A stretch of 64,000 bases of DNA from Zygnema circumcarinatum SAG 698-1b. Its lineage: Eukaryota; Plantae; Zygnematophyceae. Each line of letters opens with the position of its first letter. Within the stretch, counting starts at the first letter, position 1. This document shows, one piece after another, positions 1 through 10,314 of this stretch. The stretch lies in the NCBI GenBank assembly GCA_037447605.1, contig CM074808.1, forward strand, positions 3,534,001 to 3,598,000, written 5' to 3'. Position numbers and translations under genes: made by a program. A model generated the notes under the pieces. It had not been told where the DNA came from and searched no databases. It was given only the letters and a program-made list of their open reading frames with translations.

Positions 1-54
<54 letters not shown>
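1..54. repeat. (AG)n microsatellite at the window start, one of many GA/CT microsatellites (others near 626-648, 848-870, 5900-5950, 8165-8212, 30720-30750)
   Basis: Directly visible dinucleotide run. Confidence 0.98.
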
Positions 55-57
<3 letters not shown>

Positions 58-2427
58 GTGGGGGAGTGAGCAAGCGGAAAACGGAATTGAATAAAGAAAA
101 TAAGGGGCCTTTTTCTTTATTAAGACATGAAAAAGGTAGAAGAAAAGGTGGAACTGGATGGAAGGTAAGTGGATGATCAAAGCAAGGCGTGAAGGGGGAA
201 GGAAATAACATGATATACAGATAGCACAAGCAAGGTGGTTCGTAGTTGGGATTTCTTCCTGCCTCCCTGTCCATTTTTTATTTTTGTTTTGAGGTTCTTT
301 GTTCACATTTGGAGGTGTGATGCGACGGGAGAATGGGGCGGAGTGGCTATGTGGGGCTAGCAGGGAGGTGGCCATGAGGAAAGGAGAGAGATGGGGCGAT
401 AAAAGAGGGAGAGGGGGAGAAGGGCGGGGGAGAGAGGGAGAGAGAGGGAGAGAGAGGGAGAGAAATGGGGGGAGAGAGAGAGTGGGGGAACAAGTGTACA
501 CAGGAAGGATTGTCGGGAGTGAAGGAGGAAACTGTGCAGAGAAGAGGGAAGAGAAGGAAAAAAACCGGCGAAACAAACGGAGCGAGAGGGGAATAAAAGA
601 AGGAGAGATAGAGGGATCAATCTGAAAGAGAGAGAGAGAGAGAGAGAGTGAAGGGTTAGGGAGCGGGTTATTCCATTCAGCGGGTAGAATCCAAGGACTC
701 ACCATTCTCTCCTCCTGAGTTGGAGTCCTCTTTTGCACTCGGCAGCATCGCCGAACCCAAAATCTTACCATTGTATTTCACAGAAGAAGATAGTAAACGA
801 AAAAAAAATAAGGGAAACCAAGAAAAAATCCTTTAAGAAAAAATGCCCTCTCTCTCTCTCTCTCTCTCTTCAGAGAGGGATCCACCGCCCTCCCGTTCTT
901 CTCCTATCGACCCCTTCGCGATTTGCCGCACTCTCTGTTCAACAAACTCAAAAATGGCGATAACCCAATTCAAAAAAGCCTCAAAATCAGAGAACCCACT
1001 TCCCGATTCCTTATTATATGAAAAAAATTCCCCTGAAATGTTTTTTCCAATTGCACGCTTCTCCCCTCTTTGCCACTTGAAATCATCCCCTCAATGTCTC
1101 GCAATAGGCCACAGCCCCTCCTCCCTCTCTCCGCCTTCTCTCTCTCTCTCTCCCTCTCTCTCCCTCTCTCTGCCTCTCTCTCTCCCACTCCCTCCCTCAG
1201 GCTCTTCCTCTCCCCCTCTCTCTCCCCCTCCGAACCGTCAACGGGAAAGTGGCTCTCCGCACTTTGCGGTCCAACGGCCGAAAGAGCCGTTGCGTGGTAT
1301 CCGCTGACCGTACAGTTTTGCAGGTGTGACGGACGGTCGACCAGAAACCACGGAGAAGTGCGACGGCTGGATGTGGATCTGACAATGAACGGTTTAGATA
1401 ACTCGGAGAATCGCGCAGGGAGCCACGATTCGAGTACAAATGGGGAACAGTGACGCTTTAAAAACTCAAATTTCCGTACTCTCGGTTCGCTGTTTATGGG
1501 TTTCTCGAATTATCGGTTTTTGCTTTTTGGACATGTTTTTTCTAAGAACATACCTTACTAGATTTTCCAAATTTCGTGCATAGAGCTGTAAAAATCATGT
1601 AAATTTTCACAGAGCTGTCACATGGAGCCATACCCGAATCTCTTTCTCAAAAAAAAAAAAAAGTACAAAAGCAGAACATCTCCACTTTGTCGGCTGTCTG
1701 GCACATCCACAAAACGACAAAATGTAGATTTCCTTCTGCTGAAACGCGAAACCGCCGTACCGTAACTCCCGAAGCGACCTCGTACAAAATCTTCGTAAGA
1801 TCTGTTTCAAATCCACCATCTACACGTGGGACTCTCTGATTCGTTCTGGAGTCCCACCTCGTCCCTGATTGGTCCACGTGCCTCCCAGCTCAGCCCGCGG
1901 CAGGCAGTTGTCCAGGAGCCTTCTGTCGTTTGCACTTGACGCGGTTCGTCGATTTTTTGGGCCACCGACAAATGCGACTTTGAGCTTTGTCATGGACCGT
2001 GCGATTGAGAGAGATTCGTCGCAGGCAAGTCGCATAAGTAATATAGACCGTCCGATTCGACAATCGCAGGGCACCTGGAGTCGCAGTCGCAGCGCAGTCC
2101 GGCGAATCGCCGTTGTCGGTGCACTCCCAACGTCGCCGCCTCCTGATGAAACCTCTCACTCCCTCCCGCTCTCCCCCTCCCCCTCCCCCTCCCCCTCCCT
2201 CTCCCTCTCCCTCTCCCTCTCCCCCTCCACCTCCCTCTCCCTCTCCCCCTCCCTCTCCCTCCCCCTCTCCCTCCCTCCACTCCCTCTTCCTCTCGCTTTC
2301 TCCTTCTCCTTCCCACTCACCCATACCCTCGTCCCCACCCTCTCTTCCTCCCACTCCCCTCTCCCGCATTCCTCTCTCTCCCTCCCTCCCTCTCACACTC
2401 CCTCCCTCCGCAGCCCCGCCATCCGCC

Positions 2428-4797
2428 ATGAACTTCTGGACCCTCCTCCGCCTTCTCTTTCTCCTCTCCCTTCTTGACGTGGTCGCGCCACGTGTCCTGA
2501 GCCCCGGCCTCTGCCCCGCGTACCGCGCCCTCGGTCGCTGCAAGAAGCGCTCGTGCAAGGGCTCCGGCGTGGAGGGCACCTTCCAGGTCCGTCCAAAACC
2601 CTAAAAAATTGGCCTTTTCAATACGTTCAAAACCCTAACTTTTTCTTTCTCAAATCCTCAGAATCCTGACAACTGACGTGACATCGCCAGATTCCGCCAA
2701 GTGCCGCGACCCTAGTGGCCGCCGCAAGGGAGGGCGCTGACGTGGAGGATGACGTGGCGCTCGCTGGAGGTGTACGCGTGGCGCAGCGGCGGACGGCCGC
2801 GCGGTGCTGTCGGAAGTGCAGCGAGAGCAACAGATGTGCCACGTGGCAGTGGCTCGACCTGTGAGTAGCGGGGGGAGGGGCGGGAGGAGATATGTGGATA
2901 GTGATAGAGAGTGAGAGAGAGGGTGAAAGAGAGGAGTGAGAGGGGGGGAGAGGGATTGAGAGAGAAGGGAGGGAGGTAGAGGAAAGAAGTGGAGATAAAG
3001 AGAGGGGCGGGGAGGGCGGGTAGGGAAGGAGGGGGGGGGGTATAGGAGATAAAGGAGACATGGAGGCAGAGAGAAAGAGGCAGAGGGAAAGAGAGAGCAA
3101 CATATCTGAGCCATCCATGGCGGGGTGGTGCAGGGGCGACAATGGCGGGCTCTGCTTCCAATACGAGGGAAGGGACGGCCCCACGTGTGGCCTCGATACT
3201 GACGTCATCACTCGTGTGGGCATGAGCTGCATGGACCCACACAACCGCAACGGAAACCGAAACTCTGACAGAAACGGTGACACACGTGACGACTCGAGCG
3301 GCGCCCTCCTCCCCTCCACCACCTTCTGCGCGCTCTCCGACCGGCGGCTGCATGTGAACATGCGGCTGGAGGGATACCTGCGGGAGACCGAGAGGGCCGC
3401 CGCGCTATTGAAGGGAGGGAGGGAGGCGAGGGGGTGGGTGAGGGAGGTGGGAGTGATGTGGCACGCGGGGGGAGAGGGCCACAGTCTGCGGCTCGCGGCT
3501 CGGGAAGGGAGGGAGGCGGGGAGGAGGGAGGGCTTCCTGGCCATGGCGACGGTAGACGGGGTTAAGGTCGAGAGGATGCAGGTGAGGGAGAGGGAGCGGG
3601 AGAGGGGGAGGGAGAGCGGGCGGGGGAGGAGGGCGGGAGGGAGGACGGGAGACAGGGGGGAGATGGAGGAGGGGTAGGTGGAGGGGGAGTGGGGGAGACA
3701 GGGAGAGGTGAGGTGGTGGGAGTGGGTGGGGGAGGAGGGAGAGAGGGAAAGCTGGGTGGGGAGTGAGGGAAGGTGAGGGAGGAGTCGAAAGCGGGGGCCT
3801 GGGTTAGGGTGAGGGAAAGGTAGAGGGAGGGGAGAGAGAGGGAGAGTGTGCGGGTGGAGGTGGGTGTGGGTAGTATGGGCTATGTCTGGTGTGAAGTGGT
3901 TTGAGTAATTTTGGCTTTGTTCGCTGCAGGTTGAGGATGAGGCGATGTTAGAAGGCGGACTGAGCCTGACGCTGGAGGCGGTGGAGAACGAGGGAAAAGT
4001 TGAAACGGAAGTTTACAGAGTGAAGATTACGGACTTGTTGGACATGGAACTGCGAATCCGTCCAGTGAATCCGCGCCTCCGAACGCCTGACGATGCGTAC
4101 ATACATTTCAACCTCGGCATCAATTGGATAAATGTGAGCACTGGCTGTCTCGTCCGATCCAATGCGCTTCAACTTTGTAAAATTCTGCACTTAACGGAAT
4201 TTGCTGTTTCAAGCGATGAAGTGCTAGATGCATTGTATGGTGCTTTCAGTTTGTCTTGTCTTGTCCCTCCCCCCCTCCCTCATCCCCTCCCATCCCCCTC
4301 CCATCCCCTCCCATCCCTCCCATCGTCTCTCATCTCCCCTCCCCCTCCCCCTCTCCCCCCTACTTCCCCCCTCTCCCCACCCTCCCCCTCTCCCCCTCCC
4401 TCCTCTCCTTCTCCCCCTCCTCTCCCCCCCCTCCCCTTCTCCACAGCCCTCTTCCCACTCTTCCCCCTCTCCCCCCACTCCTCCCCCATCTGACAATACT
4501 TTGTGGTGTGGTGGTGTGGCCTTTCAGACGACCCCCTCGATCCGTGGCGTCCTCAGTAAAGCGTATCGCGGAGCACAGGACGGTCGTGACATGGAACTGC
4601 AGGAAATGGCTGCTCTCCTCCACCACCTCAGCGCCCCCGAGCTGCATGATGCCACCCTCGCGGGGGAGACCATGGCCCATGTCTCCTCGGGCATCGTGGA
4701 TCCTGATTGCCAAGTTTCTTCCTACCAAGGGTATGACTCCACCATTCGACCCATCTATGAGAACGCCCAACAATCGGGGAGGTTTAGTCTAGTTTAA
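2428..4797 (+). CDS. Secreted protein: signal peptide + PAN/Apple-like Cys domain + root-cap/LEA-related (VWD-like) domain; 5 exons, about 416 aa
   Basis: Exons 2428-2586, 2691-2860, 3134-3581, 3930-4133 and 4528-4797 join in frame through GT-AG introns (phases 0,2,0,0). The start sits in ccgccATG context after a CT-rich tract. N-terminus MNFWTLLRLLFLLSLLDVVA is hydrophobic. CCRKCSESNRCATWQWLDLGDNGGLCFQY fits the PAN/Apple Cys pattern. CMDPH, FCALSDRRLHVNMRLEGY, WVREVGVMW, DDAYIHFNL...IRGVLSKAYR and SSGIVDPDC follow the order of plant root-cap domain motifs (CxDPRF, FCLVSDxxLHINARFIG, WIQALG, DDCFAHLEV...VEGVLGRTYR, TSSLLSPDC, recalled from memory). Confidence 0.8.
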
Positions 4798-5428
4798 GAA
4801 TTAGAAGTTCAGAATAGACATTGTACTTTAAAAACCCAAAATGTAGGCACTAGATGAGGTTAGGCTAAAAGTGCACATTTTTGTTTAGTCAGTTCTCGCC
4901 GTTACATGTGGCGTGGGACGAAGTTAGGGTTGAGCGAAGTTCCGTTATAGATGATGTGGAAAATGACACCTTGTTTAGGACAATAAGGCAGGCAGTAAGG
5001 CTCTTCTGGTCTGAGATTGGAAACTGCGTACAACCCAGTTTTGTAAAAGCATTTGTACGGGCCAAAGACTTTTATCGCTGCCAATAAGAAGGAAGTTCAA
5101 GTTAAGGAAAAAAACTTTCCCTCTTTGGTCCTTAGCCGCAGTACAATAGGTAGGGCAGGGGCTCCACGCGCAGCTTGTCTGCGATTAGTAAAAAAGAAGA
5201 TATGTCCCATCAAATCTGAATTTTCCTTTGTTATTTGATCCCAATCTCAAGGGCTCTTAACGCATTGAACAAAATTTTCTTATTCCCTATTCATACCTTC
5301 GCCTCATGATAAATTTATACTGCCATTTATAGAACATGGTGATTCCAACTCTCATCAACACAAGAATGCGCGCAACAACAAATTTCGTATGTTCTGACAC
5401 CCTAAGAATCCTCCCAAGCCTAAGGACC

Positions 5429-5897
5429 TTAGCTCCCCTGGTCTGTGCTCCCTCCCTCCCTCGAGCACAAGGAGCAGGCACAAAGGAACCCATAGTCAGC
5501 CAAATCCGAACGCCGCCCTTCAAGCTCTTGCGACTCGTCAATGTAAGATATGGTGATCTGCACACAATGCAGTACAAGGGTGTGGTCTGAGGGGAAGAAA
5601 ATCGGATTCACAGCTCAACATATTGAATGTATCTAGATATGCTGCAATAGAACCCGCCAACCCTCAGTATAGCACAGCTATTTGTCTCAATATGCACCAA
5701 TTTTACCTCAATATACGTCCATTTGATACCGAGATCAAAAGTCAAAAGAGAGAGAGAGTGAGTTTTTGGCTTCGACCTCCTCCGTACCTCTTCACCTTCT
5801 TCTATCGATCTGCTTGCGATCAAGACCGCTCGCCCGTCCACCTCCTACGCCTCCCATTCTACGCGCCTCATTACATACACGAAAAGGGAGAAAGGGG

Positions 5898-5929
<32 letters not shown>

Positions 5930-8163
5930 AAGGGAGAGAGAGAGAGGGGAGAGTCAAAGAAAGGTGCTTCACAGTGAGGGATTCCTGTAAGCCTTACCGT
6001 GTTTTCCTTGAAGGCATAGGTGTTGGGTTCGCAGGAATGATTTATGCAGCTTTGAAGAGCATAGAACGCGGTGCCTGCAACAACGGAACACGAAACATAG
6101 AAACCGCAAAATGTCAGCCGTAAAAGCAAGGAAAAGGATTAAACTTAAAAGGAATGGAGAGACAGGAGAGTTGGACATAGTGAGAAGCCTAAAGATGGCT
6201 CCTCTACTTGCGGACAAGAGGAGGTAGCTAAGACATTGTCGAAAAAAAAAACCCCAAAGGAAAGGGTTCCATGTACACAACTGAAACCGGATACTCACCT
6301 TCACATGCATCGCCGTAACCGTCACCTAAAGCCTCCAATAGAGGTTTAACAACAAGGTTTGCAACTTCCTGCAAACGAAAAGCATTCACTAGCGATTGGC
6401 ATTGTTATCAAAACTTTTCCTTTGTCGATCAATATTGAAGACAGGGAGAGAGGGATGGCGAGAGAGAGGGAGAGGGAGAGGGAGAGGTAGAGAGTGAGGG
6501 AGAGGGAGCGGGAGGTAGAGAGGAGCTAGTTAGCAGAAGACCTGAGCACTAGTGGTAAAACTGCCCACAAGCCCACCTTTTCAGCAGGAGTGAGATCGTC
6601 AATCGCCGAAAAATAGTCCTCAAGAGGTGAAGGAACTATGACAGTCCTGCCAGTAAGTTCACAAAAGTATTTTTAAGGTGGGAGGGTAGGGGGAGGAAGA
6701 GAGAGAGAGAGAGAACGAGAGAGAGAGAGGGGGAGAGAGAGAAGAGAGGAGGATAGCAAGTAGTCATCAACACCTTCAGATAAATCAGCACTAAGTGGGT
6801 AAAAACGGAAAGGATATTTGCTTCCCACAAACAAACCAAAGAAGGTGAGTTGTTTTGTCCTCACAAGTTGTTGAGTTCGAACATTCCGATAACGTTTCCG
6901 TATACCTCCAAACTGAAAACTTTCGATAAAGTTAAGGGGTAGGAACGTGACATGACGTTGTAGACGACATGGAAGATGGATCAAAAGGAAACGGAACGGA
7001 AAGAGAGAGACAAATAACGGATGACTTTGAGCACAAGTGGTTGCTGCCAACTGAAACTGTCGACATAGAAACACGGCGAGGGAAAGGGCAAAGTGTAGGA
7101 AGGATACGAGGACTCCATTTTTCATCAAAAATCGCCGATTTCAACATGGAGAGGGACTATATTTGCCCATTAAAACAGACAAAACAACATCTGTGGTCCG
7201 GTTGAGCTGATGTTACACACGCCACCAAGAAAAAGGAAAGAACCATTCACCTTCCTCTCCCTCCCTCTCATTCTATGCTCTTTTGTTGTCTTCGCCTTCC
7301 TCCCCAAGAACCACTTGTTACACTTCATAGTACATGTTCATCTCAAGTTTTCTAATTCTCCCACTCCTTGCCTCCCTTCTCTCTCTCTCGCTCACTCTCT
7401 CTCTGTCTTTCTCTATCTCTCTGCTTGAAATTTTGCAACAATCTTAGTTCAAAATTTTCAAAAGTTGAACACATGCTCACCTCCTTCGCTAGGTCTCGAA
7501 TTTGTTCTCGAAAATTCCCTTCATCTTCCGGTTCCACATCTTCAGGCAGAGCTACGGCCTCCCACCATCTACGACCCCCCCCCCCTCCCACTTCTTCTCA
7601 AACACTAGAAACCCTAAAAAAAGCTAATGTTCCTGAAACCTTTGTTAAAGGTAAACTTTTAATATGAGGAAAACCAGCTCACAAGGCTTTGTGGCCCATC
7701 GCGAACGGCTCCCACGCCTTCATCAAAATCGACAGATCGTCGCCGTACTGATCCAATGCAATATTTTCACTTTTTTTCAACTGCGCTCTCTCTGCATCCT
7801 CTTTCAAGCGGTTTGCTCGAAGGACTGTCACGGCGAGCACCTGCCACGTGGCTTTCTCGTATTAGATGCATTACGAGGAGAGGCGTAGGAGAGAAAGAGG
7901 GAGAGAGGGGCAGACGGGAGAGGGAGGGGGAGCGGGAGGGGGGGGGGGGNNNNNNNNNNCCCCCCCCCCCCCCCCCCCCCCCGGGAAAAATAAAAACAAT
8001 TACCATGATGGACCCCACCAAAAGTATTTTCTATAGGGCTCCTGAAACAGGGTCTATGGATGATAATTTAGAATTGCATCCTCTTCCGTGTCAGAGAAGC
8101 GAGAAGAAGTCACGCGACAGCAAAGAGATAGACAGAAAACGAAAGAGGGATTGCGAGAGAGGG

Positions 8164-8195
<32 letters not shown>

Positions 8196-9606
8196 GAGAG
8201 AGAGAGAGAGGGGAATGGAGGATCCAATATGTTTTACCATCTGCGTGGGCTTTGAATTCCTTCAAAGAGTTCACATTACGAGCGAGTGACTTGGGCCCGC
8301 AGCAAAGGAGAGAATGATACGCGTTCCATGAGCTCTCCGTACACCGTTGACTGTTGCAACGGTAAAGGGTACACATGAAGCATGGATTAGCCACGAAGAA
8401 AGGGCCGGAAGGGGCGAGTAGAGGAATATGCGCTCGCTATTACTGGATATATTGGACGTGACCTGGTTCATGAAGAAGCAGAGGGTGATCTCAAGAGGGA
8501 GAGAGAGCGAACATAAGAGAGCGAGAGAGTGCTGCTTTCAGTTGTGGGCCCGTACCTACAAAAGAACTCCTCCTCACATCCACCAGGACAAGGAAGAATT
8601 TCGGGCAGCTGAAATTTTTGGGAGTATGGCAATTGTTGGGCCCCCCTCAGAAGCCCTTCTGCCAACCCTTCCAGTTCACTTTTTTCCTCATTTTCTTGGG
8701 CGGATTGATCCTCTTCTAGAATTTTTGCAAGCCTTCGCCCAATTTGAAGCTCTACCGATCCAATTAACTTCATACAATGCGAACACACAAGCGCTTTTTC
8801 CTGAAATCATTTTTACAAAAGGATCAACAAACAAACAGGAAAAGTTCAAAGTTTGGGTTGATTCCTTTCCAGGTATAACAGTTGGCCTTCGTCCCACGTT
8901 CTACTACCTGAAGTATAGCTTTAACAATAAAAAAATAATAGGCAAAGAAAGGGGCGAGCGAGAGCGAAACAAAATATCAAAAAATGTTTGTTTTTATTTT
9001 ATTTCTTATTACCGAGAGCTATGGTGTCCATTTTTTTGTGAATCTCACTTTATTGGCGGTGTGTTGTGCCCCCACCAGCATGAACTCCCTTAAGACCTCG
9101 TCCCCCTCCGAGAAGGAGCGCTTCGCAAATAATCCTAAATCACCAAATCACAAAATAACAGATAGCTAGAAGCAACATTCTAAAAAACAGATGAAATATC
9201 CGTTTCACGGCGTTTAAGTATGTAAAATATCTTATCTTACATGTTTAAACAAATGAAAAAGATTTATGAAATGCAGCCGGTTTCATACCTTTCCCCATTG
9301 ACAGGGTCTGCCGGACAGTCAAGCCCGGGCCTGCCCCAGCCAATGCGAGGTTCTCGTAGTATGTCTGCTTAAAAACAGTTCAAAAATACGATGCAAATTC
9401 AAAACTCCAGCTGATATTTTTTCCACCTGAAAACATATTTATACAGTTTGCGAGCTTCCTCATTCGCAGATTTTTGTATCTGATTACTGCGGACTTGCTG
9501 AACTTAGTTGCAGCAACTGGTAAAGCTTCAGAGTTAAATTTATAATTAGGTTTAGGATCAAGGTTATGATTTGAATGAGGTTCCATTTACTTCTGCAGTC
9601 TCCCAT
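5429..9606 (-). CDS. ATXR2: Histone-lysine N-methyltransferase ATXR2-like (split SET/MYND, SMYD type), multi-exon
   Basis: Exons in order on the minus strand encode FAKRSFSEGDEVLREFMLVGAQHTANK, LVCSHCMKLIGSVELQIGRRL, CPGGCEEEFFC, SWNAYHSLLCCG, KAWEPFAMGHK, WWEAVALPEDVEPEDEGNFREQIRDLA, VFSLEVYGNVIGMFELNNL, VPSPLEDYFSAIDDL, GTAFYALQSCINHSCEPN (SET NHSC motif) and ITISYIDE...LADYGFLCACSLC (post-SET). These are colinear with Arabidopsis ATXR2 as recalled. The start codon at 9606 is approximate. Confidence 0.92.
7950..7959. other. Assembly gap (10 N) flanked by a G-run and a C-run, inside an ATXR2 intron
   Basis: N run visible in the sequence. Confidence 0.98.
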
Positions 9607-9925
9607 GGCGGCAATTGCAGCAGCTTCTCCACGAGAGCTTCCATGTCCTCGCTCTCTCTTCCCTCTCCTTCGGCTCCTCTCCTCTCCATCTCCCTCTCCT
9701 TCCACCCTAAGCCGTACAGTCCGTACGACCCCGCCGTTGCTGACATCATGTACCGTACGCTACCTTCCTCTTTCTAGCCGTTGGCCCCGGAAATTGCCCC
9801 GCGACAAGCTGACTTTATGAAGCGCCCTTGATAAAATAAATTTCAACTCGCTCCCAAACCGCCCTGATGAATTCTCCTTCACGGGGGCACAAAACGACAA
9901 AATATTTGATCGACATCCGTCCTGA

Positions 9926-9977
9926 ACCGTACATTTCATTTAATGAATGTACGGTATATCCGTACACTGAGTGTACG
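9926..9977. repeat. Two GTAC-core palindromes between the divergent ATXR2 and glycosyltransferase genes
   Basis: ACCGTACATT...AATGTACGGT (9926-9955) and CGTACACT-G-AGTGTACG (9961-9977) are self-complementary. Confidence 0.8.
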
Positions 9978-10314
9978 AATGAAGGTGAGCCGTACTGTAC
10001 AAACGCCTGTCAGGTAATGGAAGTGTCACTGGCCTAGAGGAGTTTCTTGGCTAAAGGGCGTCTCTTCTTCTCGATGAGAGGGAAAGAGTAGCAATTCTCT
10101 CCTCTCCGCGGAGAGCGAGCTTGGGTGGAGGGGCCGCCATGGCCGACGAGCTTCACCACTCTCTCCACAGTACCTCTCCCCTTATTAATTTCTCTCGCGC
10201 TTCGTTTCACCTGCATTCTCTCTCCTTATTTTCTTTGCGGACTTTCTGTGCTCTCACACCCTCCCGTATTCTCCCACACGCTCACTAACCCTAAAAAAAA
10301 TCCCCTCCTCAGTC

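Noticed and set aside
299-2400. Many long ORFs (e.g. 299-625, 843-1307, 1869-2477, 1890-2579) rich in Pro/Ser/Leu or Gly/Glu/Arg
   Set aside because: They are translations of GA/CT and G/C low-complexity tracts that lack stop codons by composition; no family motifs.
7930-7985. G-run, N gap, C-run junction as a local inversion or hairpin
   Set aside because: ATXR2 exons on both sides are colinear on the same strand, so orientation is consistent. It is treated as an unresolved low-complexity gap.
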